64,000 nt of DNA from a virus: IMG/VR virus record IMGVR_UViG_3300017593_000751, positions 1-64,000 of that record. One strand, given 5' to 3'. Both the position numbers and the translations under genes were made by a program. The notes under the pieces were generated by a model that saw only the letters and a list, made by a program, of their open reading frames with translations, searched no databases and had not been told where the DNA came from. Shown piece after piece: positions 53,592 through 62,724 of this stretch (position 1 is its first letter; every line of letters starts with the position of its first letter).

Positions 53592-55039
53592 AAGAACTCC
53601 GCCAACTCAACCAACATCTTCAAGACAGCTTTTTACGGCTGGCCATTACGGACACCGACTTCCTGGCCCTCGTGGCGGGCCGCGTGGACCCCGCGCTGTT
53701 CGGCTCGGAGGTCACGGAAGAGGTCTGCCGTATCTGCTATGACTTCTTCGCCCAGTTCGGCGAGGCCCCCAAGGACCACTTCCACGATGAGCTAGTCCGC
53801 CGATTGGCCCGCATGCCGGAGGAAAAGCGGGAACTGTACGTCCGCTATGCCTCCAAACTGGCGGGCATGCGGCAACCTAGCCGTAGTTATGTTTTGAGGC
53901 GTATCAGCGATTGGGTAGGCTACCGCGAGAGGGAGTATGCCCTGGAGCGGGCGGCGGAGGCACTAGAACGCGGGGACGTGGCCGAGCACGACCTGATAAT
54001 CCGCCGGGCCTTGGAAGCGGGGCTGCCGGAAGAAGATGTCGGCCTGGACTACCTGAAAGACCACTCGGGCATTTGGTTCCGGGAGCGCGAAGAGCCGATG
54101 ATGCCCACGGGCATCGGGGCTTTGGATAAGCTTATTCATGGTTACTGGAGGGGCCAGCTTGTTGTATGTTTAGCAGGTTACAAGGCCGGCAAGACCTGGT
54201 GGATGATTCATACCTGTCTAACGGCCTTGAAAAAAGGACTGAACGTGGTCCACATCAGCCATGAGGTGGACCAAGAGGAGATGGAGATAAGGCTTGACAT
54301 GGCCTTGACCGCCAGGACAACGGACGAAGATTTGGAGGGGCGAGAATACACCTTCGAGGTCTTGAACGAAGAGACTGGGCGAACCGAGCTGAAGAAACGA
54401 AAGTATCGCTGGCTATGGAAAGACCCCAACCGCATCAGTCAAGCAAGAAAGGCTTTGTCCAAACGGGGAGGTCGTTTGTTCGTGAAGAAATACCCGATGG
54501 GCCAGTGCACCCCTGCGGACGTGGAAGCCTATTTGAGCTACTTGGAGGCTTCTCAGGGTTTCGTCCCCGACCTTATCTCCATAGACTATATTGACATCAT
54601 GGACTTGTCCAAGCTGGACAAACGAGAACTGAGACACCAGCTCAATCAGGGCTATATCTGGGCGAAGGGCTTGGCCGACCAGAAACAGGCCGTGGTGATT
54701 ACGGTCAGTCAGGTTCGCAGGGAGGCCGTACAGAAGCGATGGGTCTCCATGAAGGACGTAGCGGAGGACGCCCGCAAGGCCGGCAACTGCGATATCATGC
54801 TCGCCATTGGCAAAGGACCGGAAGAAATAAAGAGAGGCCTGGCCGGCGTCATGGTCCTGGCCAATCGAAGCGGCAGACAGGATTGTGGCTGTATGGTGAG
54901 CCAGAACTACAACGTGGGGCGGTTCTGCCTGGCCAGTTGGATAGGTGAGCACGAGCGCGAGAACGACCAACAAGTATGTGATGAAGTGACGAAGAAAGCG
55001 GGCCGGAAGAAAAGGACCAAAGATGGGGCTGCCCGATGA
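53588..55039 (+). CDS. dnaB: DnaB-like replicative helicase
   Basis: PTGIGALD, AGYKAGKT, HISHE, IDYID, TVSQ, ANRSG. Confidence 0.9.
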   Translation: MKELRQLNQHLQDSFLRLAITDTDFLALVAGRVDPALFGSEVTEEVCRICYDFFAQFGEAPKDHFHDELVRRLARMPEEKRELYVRYASKLAGMRQPSRSYVLRRISDWVGYREREYALERAAEALERGDVAEHDLIIRRALEAGLPEEDVGLDYLKDHSGIWFREREEPMMPTGIGALDKLIHGYWRGQLVVCLAGYKAGKTWWMIHTCLTALKKGLNVVHISHEVDQEEMEIRLDMALTARTTDEDLEGREYTFEVLNEETGRTELKKRKYRWLWKDPNRISQARKALSKRGGRLFVKKYPMGQCTPADVEAYLSYLEASQGFVPDLISIDYIDIMDLSKLDKRELRHQLNQGYIWAKGLADQKQAVVITVSQVRREAVQKRWVSMKDVAEDARKAGNCDIMLAIGKGPEEIKRGLAGVMVLANRSGRQDCGCMVSQNYNVGRFCLASWIGEHERENDQQVCDEVTKKAGRKKRTKDGAAR

Positions 55040-56498
55040 ACAACTAGCCCGAGAATTGTTGGCCGACGAGGGGTTCCGCGCTCCGCCCATGTCTCATCAG
55101 GCGGTGGGCGTGGTTTGGGCGGCCTCGCTGGAACGGCCCAGGGCCGCCTTGTGGTTCGACATAGGCACCGGCAAAACGCTTACCGCCCTCTTTGCCAACC
55201 AGTTTTGGGGCTTCCATCGGCTGTTGATAGTATGCCCGAACTGTGTGGTGGAAACTTGGGCCGAAGAAATCCGCGACAAGACGCCGTGGAAGGCCGTCAC
55301 TCTAACCGGACCCGGCGAAGAACGCCGGCGCTTGTTGTTCAGCGGCAAATCCGGCTTGTACGTCGTGAACTACGAAGGGCTGAAGGTGCTTTTCACCAAG
55401 CGAAGAAAGAACAAATGGACCATCAACCCGAAGGAGCTGAAAGCGACAGTAGCGGAGGCTCGTTTGGACTCTGTGGTCTTTGATGAAAGCCAGTGCCTTT
55501 CCAGCCCGCGAACACTTCAAACAAGGATAGCCGCCGAGCTGGCCCGTCAGGCCGATAAAGTCCTCTTGTTGACAGGCACGCCGACCAGTCGGGGCGAGGA
55601 CGATATATGGAGTCAGTTCCGCGTGATGGACGCCTCCTGGACGGCCAAGCATCTGGGCCGAACGCTGGACGGGTTCCGCAACCGCTGGATGGAGCCGGCT
55701 CAATGGGCTTGGATAACGACAAGACGGGGGCAGCGGCGAAAGATACCCACGCGTTGGCAGGTCAAGCCGAATTTGCGAGACCAACTCTACGACATCCTCG
55801 GCCAACGGGCTTTGCGATACAGCCGCGAAGAATGCTTCGACCTGCCGGAACGTTCCTACACCACGCGATACTGCTATCTGACGGCTGAACAAGACGAAGC
55901 CATTGAAGAGCTGATAAACCGCTACGATGAAGATGAAGCCATGCTCCTGGCCACCAAGCTGGCCCAGGTGCCCGGAGGCACGCTGATAGAAGACCATGAA
56001 GCCCGACACTTCGTCCCCAACCCCAAGCTCGATTTGCTTATGGAAGTGCTGCGGGAGATAGGCGACCGAAAGGCCGTTGTGTATCATAGCTACGTCGAAG
56101 AGGGACGGCTTATTGAGGCACGTCTTCAACAGGAAGGCATTGGCTTCGCTTCTTTGCGGGGCGAGGTGCCGCCAGCGGAACGCGAGGCCGGACTACGCCG
56201 CCTGCGGGAAGACCCGCAATGCCGCGTGCTGGTGGCCCATCCGAAGAGCGGCGGGGTGGGCATCAACCTGCAACATATAAACGTGTCCATATTTTATTCC
56301 AACGGCACCAGCGGGGCCGCCGTCCGCGCCCAGGCAGAAGGGCGAACCTGGCGGGCTGGGCAGAAGAGCAAATGCCTGTACATCGACCTCGTGGCTGTGG
56401 GCAGTTTGGACGAGCTGCGGCTGGAAAGGCTCCGCGACCAAACCGAGGTGATGCAAAAGGCTTTGGAATACGTGCGGGAGCGGCGTAAGTCTTTGTGA
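55023..56498 (+). CDS. SNF2-family helicase
   Basis: DIGTGKT, NYE, FDES, LTGTP, GVGINLQ, QAEGR..R.GQ. Confidence 0.9.
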   Translation: MGLPDEQLARELLADEGFRAPPMSHQAVGVVWAASLERPRAALWFDIGTGKTLTALFANQFWGFHRLLIVCPNCVVETWAEEIRDKTPWKAVTLTGPGEERRRLLFSGKSGLYVVNYEGLKVLFTKRRKNKWTINPKELKATVAEARLDSVVFDESQCLSSPRTLQTRIAAELARQADKVLLLTGTPTSRGEDDIWSQFRVMDASWTAKHLGRTLDGFRNRWMEPAQWAWITTRRGQRRKIPTRWQVKPNLRDQLYDILGQRALRYSREECFDLPERSYTTRYCYLTAEQDEAIEELINRYDEDEAMLLATKLAQVPGGTLIEDHEARHFVPNPKLDLLMEVLREIGDRKAVVYHSYVEEGRLIEARLQQEGIGFASLRGEVPPAEREAGLRRLREDPQCRVLVAHPKSGGVGINLQHINVSIFYSNGTSGAAVRAQAEGRTWRAGQKSKCLYIDLVAVGSLDELRLERLRDQTEVMQKALEYVRERRKSL

Positions 56499-56603
56499 GA
56501 CAAAGAATAATAATTTTTCATTTTTTCTTGTTTTCGGCCTTGACTAAAGCCGACAGAGGCATATAATGTAAGTGTGATGAAGATGAGAAAGGAGAACGAG
56601 ATG
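56484..56603 (+). promoter_or_regulatory. strong sigma70-type promoter + RBS module, copy 2
   Basis: TTGACT 56540, 16-nt spacer, TATAAT 56562; near-identical to 22575-22695. Confidence 0.85.
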
Positions 56604-56945
56604 ACGGCAGGCAAGAAGGTCAGCAAGAAGAAATGGGCCAAGTGGTGCGTGGAACTCATTCGTGAAGGTCGGATGACCATTGACCGCGTGCCCTCCGCCG
56701 TTCAGGATTTGGTAAGACGCCAGCTCGCCGCGGACAGTCGGCAGGCTGGCGTTGTTCTTGAAGGGACGGTCAGACGGGAGACCGCCAAGGCCGTCCTGCT
56801 CAAAGTCGTCTCCGGGCAGCTGGAAGGCCAAGAGGTCTGGCTGCCCCTCAGCCAGATTCGTTGCCTGGCCGAAACGGACCTGCCTTCTGGCGTGGTCCGC
56901 AAGTACGAAGTGCCCGTGTGGCTGGCCGAGAAGAAAGGAGCTTGA
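56601..56945 (+). CDS. hypothetical protein
   Basis: RETAKAVL...WLPLSQI...VPVWLA.KKG motif typical of small phage proteins. Confidence 0.65.
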   Translation: MTAGKKVSKKKWAKWCVELIREGRMTIDRVPSAVQDLVRRQLAADSRQAGVVLEGTVRRETAKAVLLKVVSGQLEGQEVWLPLSQIRCLAETDLPSGVVRKYEVPVWLAEKKGA

Positions 56946-56946
56946 G

Positions 56947-57420
56947 ATGACAGTACGAACCTGCGAACGTTGTAGAGGGACGGGGGTGAGCTGTTTCGGG
57001 GACACCTGCCGCCTCTGCGGCGGGACCGGAAAGATGGAGCCGCCGGACGTGAAGGCTATCATTGAAGCCATTACCACGACCCGTGGGGCCTCCGAAGGCA
57101 AACGACGGTTCCGGGCCTCCAAGCCCAAGGAGGGCGGGCCGCGGGCCTATTACGTCTGGCGGCTCGCCCGCTTTCACGGCGGGGCCGACGTGTCCATGCC
57201 CATCTGGGCGGAGACGTTGATAGAGGGCGACCCGTTCGAGCCTGAGCTGGATGCTTTGGCCAGCGAGGTCGCCAAGATTGTTTTCGGCACTGACAAGGCC
57301 GCAGCCTATCGATGGGCGAACGCTTTAGGGCACGACCTGCCGGTGCCGAACGGCCTGCCCGCATCGGCCTATTCCGGAGGGCCGGTTCACGACGGTTTAG
57401 CTGACGTTTTGGAAGGCTGA
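56947..57420 (+). CDS. DnaJ-type zinc-finger protein
   Basis: CERCRGTG...CRLCGGTG; YYVWRLARFHGG.D. Confidence 0.65.
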   Translation: MTVRTCERCRGTGVSCFGDTCRLCGGTGKMEPPDVKAIIEAITTTRGASEGKRRFRASKPKEGGPRAYYVWRLARFHGGADVSMPIWAETLIEGDPFEPELDALASEVAKIVFGTDKAAAYRWANALGHDLPVPNGLPASAYSGGPVHDGLADVLEG

Positions 57421-57498
57421 CCATGCCCCCGACCGCCCCACGGGGCGGGAGGGGATGTGGCCAGCGTAGGACTGGTCAAAAGAAGAAAGGAGAATAAG

Positions 57499-58065
57499 AT
57501 GAAGTACGAGTTCAAGGTCGGGCAGAAGGTCGTTCTGGAGCGCTGCGGCCAGCCCCGCCAAGTGGTTTCCATCCGCAAGGTGTGGAAGAACGGTGTGGTG
57601 GAGTTGGAGACGGGGGACGGCCACCGTGGCGCATTGTACAACCCGAACGGCAGCCCGCGCGGTCGGTGGGTTTTCGGGGACTATCGCATCCGACCCCTGC
57701 GTGACGACGAGACTGCCGAAGGCGTGGAGGCAGCCATTCGTGACAGGGAACAACTGGAGGTCATAAGGATAAAGCAACGAGAGAAGCACCACCAACAGGC
57801 GATAAACACTTGGTGGGAAGAAAAGGGCCTTGCAATCTGTAACCAAGCCTCCAACTTCAACGGCACGGAGACGGTGCGGTGGAAATCCGACGGTAGGACA
57901 TACGTCGGGCTCATCTATATCCGCCACCGCCGGGACTTCCGTTCTCCCTTCTTCGTTGGAATCCGGGGCTTCATGTGGAACGACAAGGGCGAATGTTTGG
58001 GCGGGTTCACCCGTGAAGGCTTTGGCGCGGACCTCAGGGAGGCTTTGTACGAGGCATGCCGTTGA
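57499..58065 (+). CDS. hypothetical protein
   Basis: AAGGAG RBS; MKYEFKVGQKVV. Confidence 0.6.
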   Translation: MKYEFKVGQKVVLERCGQPRQVVSIRKVWKNGVVELETGDGHRGALYNPNGSPRGRWVFGDYRIRPLRDDETAEGVEAAIRDREQLEVIRIKQREKHHQQAINTWWEEKGLAICNQASNFNGTETVRWKSDGRTYVGLIYIRHRRDFRSPFFVGIRGFMWNDKGECLGGFTREGFGADLREALYEACR

Positions 58066-58081
58066 GAAAGGAGCTGGACCA

Positions 58082-58360
58082 ATGGCCCGCAAGAGGATGA
58101 CGATTGAAGAGAAGGTGGCCCGGGCCGAGGCCCGCCGCATCAGCCGAATGGCCCGGTCCGCCATCCGGATTCTTGAACGCCGCGACGAGCGGCGGGGGTG
58201 CCCGTTCGAAGCGAGGATTCTCGCCAGTGAGATATACCGCCGGAACTTCTTCGCGTTTCGCGGCGCGGTCCAAGACCTGCTGTCTGCTGGCGAGGACCCG
58301 ACGACCATCCCGGCCAAGGTGGCCCGGATGTACGAAGAAGGCTTGTTGAAAAATAACTAA
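58082..58360 (+). CDS. hypothetical protein
   Basis: AAGGAG RBS. Confidence 0.55.
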   Translation: MARKRMTIEEKVARAEARRISRMARSAIRILERRDERRGCPFEARILASEIYRRNFFAFRGAVQDLLSAGEDPTTIPAKVARMYEEGLLKNN

Positions 58361-58366
58361 AGCCCC

Positions 58367-58394
58367 TTGACAAAATGGCCGATGGGCATATAAT
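58367..58394 (+). promoter_or_regulatory. sigma70-type promoter, copy 3
   Basis: TTGACA-16 nt (with CCGAT)-TATAAT. Confidence 0.8.
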
Positions 58395-58422
58395 GAGGGT
58401 GAACAAGAAAGGAGCAAGCCCG

Positions 58423-59028
58423 ATGAAGGAATGGCCAATCCTCTTTGAACGGCTGGGGGAGAACTCGGACACCCCACCTGACCCCGTGGATGTTTGGCGG
58501 GGCCAGGTGGACCTTGACGAGGAGGGGACGTATTGTCTAAGCTTTGATGACAATCGCCCCGTCCGCGTCAAGAAGTACGAGGTCCGCTTGGTTTCACTGC
58601 CCGACTGGCTGGACCCGAAGGAGTGGATTCGAGATGCAGTCACGTGGAAGTGGGTTTGGGGGTCCGGGGCCTCGCCGGAGTGGCCCGAGTCTTGGCAGAG
58701 GGGACTTGCCGGGATGGGCGAAGCGCCCAGGTATGCCTGTATTCAACTTCTCAAGACCTACAAGACCGGCCGCTTCCGCTCCGACTTCCGCCGCGCGTTG
58801 GCGGAGCATCTAGTTGAATGGCTAGAAACTCCAGTGGCCGAAAGGAAGTACGACTCGCCCTTCAGTCAGCGACAGTGGGTGTGTCTATGCAACGGCCACA
58901 TCCGAAGGCGGGCAAACCAGATTTCTTCCCAGTTATACTGGGACCGACGCCCTGTTGGCAAGCTGCCGAGCAAAGAAGAAGCTTACGCTCTCGTGGGAAC
59001 CGTGGGAACCACGTTGGAGAAGTGCTAA
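58423..59028 (+). CDS. hypothetical protein
   Basis: FRS.FR..L......WL......KYDSPFS.RQW motif; after promoter. Confidence 0.65.
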   Translation: MKEWPILFERLGENSDTPPDPVDVWRGQVDLDEEGTYCLSFDDNRPVRVKKYEVRLVSLPDWLDPKEWIRDAVTWKWVWGSGASPEWPESWQRGLAGMGEAPRYACIQLLKTYKTGRFRSDFRRALAEHLVEWLETPVAERKYDSPFSQRQWVCLCNGHIRRRANQISSQLYWDRRPVGKLPSKEEAYALVGTVGTTLEKC

Positions 59029-59039
59029 TGACTAACACA

Positions 59040-59103
59040 GAGACGCCCGGGCGCGACTTTCGTTCCTGTCAGACGTTCTCCTTTCCAAGCGCCCGGGCGT
59101 CTC
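59040..59103 (+). promoter_or_regulatory. 15-bp hairpin with anti-Shine-Dalgarno loop, upstream of sigma-like gene
   Basis: GAGACGCCCGGGCGC/GCGCCCGGGCGTCTC; loop contains CGTTCTCCTTTC. Confidence 0.65.
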
Positions 59104-59125
59104 GCAGATAAGAAAGGACAACACA

Positions 59126-59725
59126 ATGACTACACAAGTCGCCCCCTCCGCCGTAGAGGCCCCGTCAATCCCGCCGTTCAGCCAGTTTGAACCGCTGGTC
59201 TGGCGGATGTCCAAGTTCTGCTGGGACAGGCTGCCAGTCCCCCGGCCCATGTCTCTGAACGACCTTTTCCAAGAGGGCTGGCTGGCCTACCAAAGGGCCG
59301 TCAATTGGTACGACCCCGGCCAAGGCACCAAGTTCATCACCTACTTTTGGTGGGCCTTACGCAAGCACTACGCCTGCATCCTCAACAAGGCGATGAAACA
59401 TCATGCCCATCCAAGCTCTGTTTGCTTCGTTGACGATTCCGGCAAAGAAATGGGACTGGAGCAAATCGCCGACCCCAACCCGCCTCAGCCGCGGTTCCCT
59501 CTGGCCGAAATGTTCCTGCACCGTCTAAGCCGAGAGGCTTTGCTGGTAGTCCGGGCCTTTCTTCAAGGCGGAGAGTTCGACGATTGGGAGGCTCGGCATT
59601 ACACACGCCTTTCCTCTGGACCTTTGCGGTTACGGCGAGTGATGAAGTTCCTCAAGGTCACCGACCCGAAAGCTGTCATGAACGAAATTGCCGCCGGCCT
59701 GCTGGGGCCGGAGGCTGTTTGTTAG
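59126..59725 (+). CDS. sigma70 region-2-like protein
   Basis: DLFQEGWLAY.RAV..YDP..GTKFITYFWW. Confidence 0.75.
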   Translation: MTTQVAPSAVEAPSIPPFSQFEPLVWRMSKFCWDRLPVPRPMSLNDLFQEGWLAYQRAVNWYDPGQGTKFITYFWWALRKHYACILNKAMKHHAHPSSVCFVDDSGKEMGLEQIADPNPPQPRFPLAEMFLHRLSREALLVVRAFLQGGEFDDWEARHYTRLSSGPLRLRRVMKFLKVTDPKAVMNEIAAGLLGPEAVC

Positions 59726-59743
59726 AGAAGGGGGGAAAGAAAA

Positions 59744-60082
59744 ATGAACACGGCGCGGACGTTCTTGGTTCCAAAGTTCATTGCTACCAGTACCGTAGAA
59801 TTGCGACGGGCCGTTTGGCGTGCGGTTTTTGACGCCTATCGGACGGGATGGGATTACGTCCGGTGGGAGCATGAATACGTTTCCGAATCCCGCGGTTGTC
59901 CGGCGGAGGGGCCGAAATTGCGGGATGGGGAAGAAGAGTTCATGTCCTGGAATAGCTCACCAATGGCCGTGAGCTACGCCGACATGAACTATCTTATCCG
60001 CGGCCACGGCCAACCTCCGCAGGACATAGCCCCCGACCTCTGTCCTTGCACAGAGGATGAGTTAAAGGAGCTAATTCAATGA
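59744..60082 (+). CDS. hypothetical protein
   Basis: Co-oriented ORF. Confidence 0.5.
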   Translation: MNTARTFLVPKFIATSTVELRRAVWRAVFDAYRTGWDYVRWEHEYVSESRGCPAEGPKLRDGEEEFMSWNSSPMAVSYADMNYLIRGHGQPPQDIAPDLCPCTEDELKELIQ

Positions 60083-60285
60083 ACTGTCTGATGCGAGCCT
60101 GGACGCCCGTCTGTTGGGTGGCCAGTGAACCGGCCCAACTTGCGGGCCTGTTGGTCCGACACCGGCGGAGTCGGCGATATGCTCTGGCCGACGAGGCCGG
60201 ACTGCGGACCGTGCCGCAAAGGTGGGCCGAGAAGATACACGCCGCTTTGGCCTGGGACCGGAAAACCTGTTGTGGCGGCATCTAA
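60079..60285 (+). CDS. hypothetical protein
   Basis: ATGA-coupled; last gene of plus arm. Confidence 0.45.
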   Translation: MNCLMRAWTPVCWVASEPAQLAGLLVRHRRSRRYALADEAGLRTVPQRWAEKIHAALAWDRKTCCGGI

Positions 60286-60306
60286 ACGGACTAACCGGCC
60301 CATTTC

Positions 60307-60402
60307 GCCGCCTGGCTGGCCGCAGGAGGCGTTTTCTCGGCCTAGGTGGTAGGTGGATACCATTTGGGCCGAAAAATGCCTTACAGGGCGAATATGGCGG
60401 TT
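60307..60402 (+). repeat. 96-bp hairpin element, copy 2
   Basis: Inverted copy of 20897-20992; lies between convergent genes. Confidence 0.9.
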
Positions 60403-60410
60403 CCGGCCAG

Positions 60411-60677
60411 CTAGAACAATCCTTCGGGGCAGCGGAAATCCGGGTCCTTCAAAGCCTCGTACAAGTCCACGCGGGCATTCGCCTGCAAGTCCACGCAGAA
60501 GGCCCGCAGGCCCGGCGGTTTGACCAATCGGGCGCAGGCCCGTCCGCAAGGGCTGGCCCGCATGCAGATAGAATAGCGGTGAAAAAAGGCAGCTTCCGCC
60601 TTCCCCTTGACAAATAAAGTGGCTATGGCCTCTCGATTGGAGGACGCGGAACGTCTAGAACGTTTCGGGCAGGTCAT
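60411..60677 (-). CDS. small Cys-containing tail-region protein
   Basis: ATGA-coupled; ends DPDFRCPEGLF. Confidence 0.55.
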   Translation of the reverse strand: MTCPKRSRRSASSNREAIATLFVKGKAEAAFFHRYSICMRASPCGRACARLVKPPGLRAFCVDLQANARVDLYEALKDPDFRCPEGLF

Positions 60678-61183
60678 CCTACCGACACCGAAGCCGTGCA
60701 GCCGCTACAAGTGGCCGCGTCGCCGTTCAAACTAAAATTACCCGTGACGTGGCCGCCGGTGCAGCTCAAATCGTTAGTCACGTCGGTTATGCCACTAACG
60801 CAAGAACAAGAATTGTCGTCCCCGCCGAAGTACCGGTAGTGGTCGCCGGGGCCGAACCAACGGTCGATGTACGAGCACCAAGTCTGGTCGGCCTTGCAGT
60901 AATAGATATACAAGTCATACCGCCCGCCACTGCCGTCGTCCTTGGACCATCGCCAATAACAATAGTTGGTGTCGTCCGCAAAATCTTGGTAAGTGTAAGT
61001 TCCTGCCGCGTTTTGGCAATCGTTGCTGCAAGAGCTATTTACAGTCACCGACACCGTGGCGTCGGGCTGGTTGCCACTACAAGCCACGCAAGGCCCGCAA
61101 CAGCAGGCGGCGTCCATCGCCACCTTGCGGGAGGCGGTAAAAAGAATCCTGTCGTTGTAGAACATCACCGGCATTAAGTACAA
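60674..61183 (-). CDS. Cys-rich tail/virion-associated protein
   Basis: DAACCCGPCVAC and many further Cys; beta-rich composition. Confidence 0.65.
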   Translation of the reverse strand: MYLMPVMFYNDRILFTASRKVAMDAACCCGPCVACSGNQPDATVSVTVNSSCSNDCQNAAGTYTYQDFADDTNYCYWRWSKDDGSGGRYDLYIYYCKADQTWCSYIDRWFGPGDHYRYFGGDDNSCSCVSGITDVTNDLSCTGGHVTGNFSLNGDAATCSGCTASVSVG

Positions 61184-61941
61184 TCACTCCCCGTATGCCA
61201 AGTGCTCCAGCCTTGGTCGCTCTTGGCCGGCACCCAGACCTTGACGGTACGATATTGCAGCTTGAGGTCCGAAACGCGGATGTCCGAGACGACGATAAGC
61301 TCCTGGAATTGAAACGCCACCCAAGGGTTCAGCCTGGCGTCGGAGTCAATGAACATCCAGCCCTTGGCCCAGAAGTGGTCAGAGTTGGCCGGGTCCCCGC
61401 TCACGTCGCTGGCCACGGGGTCGCTACGGACAGGAAACAACGGAGAGTCCGAACCTTCCGGGTCATAGACGCCGTGGAAACAAGGCGGGGGCGTTTCACT
61501 CATGACGTACCGGGGCAAAGTGGGCGTGGAGCGGTCCTCCAGCTCGAAAACCACCACCCGCATCCCGTTGGGCAGGATGTGAGTATTGTCCGATTCCTCC
61601 GGCAAATTGACCACAGTAACAGTATCGGAGCGCGGGAAGGTCTCATCCGCCCAGACCAACAAGTCAGATTGGCTACCATCGGAACTGGCTATCTTCTGCC
61701 GAACGACGAAGTACCGGCAGTCGGAGTAGTCGCTGGGCTGGCTGGAGGCGTCTATCTTGCCTACCCACCATCGCCCGTGGTCTATCAAGGACAGATAGTC
61801 CCCCTCCGTTGTCTCAGTCAACTTGAGAGGGGGGCTGACGACCAGTCGCCGGCGGACGGCGCGAACAATCTTGTTCAAGTGCTCGGCCGACAAGGCGCGC
61901 TGGCCTGCGCGGAAGTCCTTGATGCTCTCGCGCTCTATCAT
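61174..61941 (-). CDS. putative tail protein
   Basis: FRAGQRALSAEHLNKIV N-terminus; downstream of tape measure. Confidence 0.65.
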   Translation of the reverse strand: MIERESIKDFRAGQRALSAEHLNKIVRAVRRRLVVSPPLKLTETTEGDYLSLIDHGRWWVGKIDASSQPSDYSDCRYFVVRQKIASSDGSQSDLLVWADETFPRSDTVTVVNLPEESDNTHILPNGMRVVVFELEDRSTPTLPRYVMSETPPPCFHGVYDPEGSDSPLFPVRSDPVASDVSGDPANSDHFWAKGWMFIDSDARLNPWVAFQFQELIVVSDIRVSDLKLQYRTVKVWVPAKSDQGWSTWHTGSDCT

Positions 61942-61949
61942 GTCAGGCC

Positions 61950-62720
61950 CTACCAGTTCTGCGGGTCAAGGTCGGAGAATATAGCATCGCTGAAGGGCGG
62001 GTTGCCTTTGCTATCCACCATACGATAGAACCCAGGAGGATTTGGGGGCTTCTTGGTATCACGCTCACGCCAGAAATGATTCCAGGTATGGTCCCTCTTG
62101 GCCCCGAACTTGTAGGTCAGAATAGTAACTGTATTGCCTTCGCTGTCCTTACCTTCTTGCAGGTCGGCCCCCAGGAAAAGCAACGTCTCAGCCGAGTAGG
62201 CATAACCCTTCAACGTTATGGTGTCGGAGTTGACCTTGCCCAAACAATTGAAGATATAATCCTTGCCGATTGCGGTGTCCTTGTCAGTCCTGCCGGTCAA
62301 AGTCAAAGTGACGTGGGGGAAAAGCTTGACGGCCCCCACGTTGTCCTCGGCCCGGACCGGCTCGTTGGTATCGGACCACTTGAAGCCCTCACCGAGCGTG
62401 ATTCCCTCGCCCCCGCCTTCCCACCTCTCCTCCCAGGTGTTCATGTCATTGTTCACCCAGTCGGGTTCGGTGGTGAAAGTGGCCCGGATGATAGCCGTCT
62501 TGGGGCCTCCGGTGGTGGGGTCGGCGTCGCCGGCGGGCGTTACGGTTACACCGGCACAGTACATGAAATTGAAGTCCGAGTGCTGGCGGCGCAAGAGGTC
62601 GCTGACCACGATGGTGCGGTCGCTCCAGGCACACCTATAAGTGCCTTGGGCCTCACCCCGGCGGTGATTGAACCGCTCTTCGTAGCCTTCCCACAAACGT
62701 TCCCAATCGGACTCCGCCAT
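61950..62720 (-). CDS. putative distal-tail-type protein
   Basis: GKVNSD...AETLLFLG...WNHFWR...F..AIFSDL; immediately after tape measure. Confidence 0.65.
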   Translation of the reverse strand: MAESDWERLWEGYEERFNHRRGEAQGTYRCAWSDRTIVVSDLLRRQHSDFNFMYCAGVTVTPAGDADPTTGGPKTAIIRATFTTEPDWVNNDMNTWEERWEGGGEGITLGEGFKWSDTNEPVRAEDNVGAVKLFPHVTLTLTGRTDKDTAIGKDYIFNCLGKVNSDTITLKGYAYSAETLLFLGADLQEGKDSEGNTVTILTYKFGAKRDHTWNHFWRERDTKKPPNPPGFYRMVDSKGNPPFSDAIFSDLDPQNW

Positions 62721-62724
62721 GTTT

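Noticed and set aside
57425-57454. GC hairpin CCGCCCC-AC-GGGGCGG
   Set aside because: Simple intergenic stem without a U-tract or anti-SD loop; nothing further supportable.
27668-58317. Long antisense ORFs such as 27668..28354, 29164..29925, 33737..34687, 55302..56129 and 57397..58317
   Set aside because: Shadow frames of well-supported plus-strand genes in high-GC DNA.
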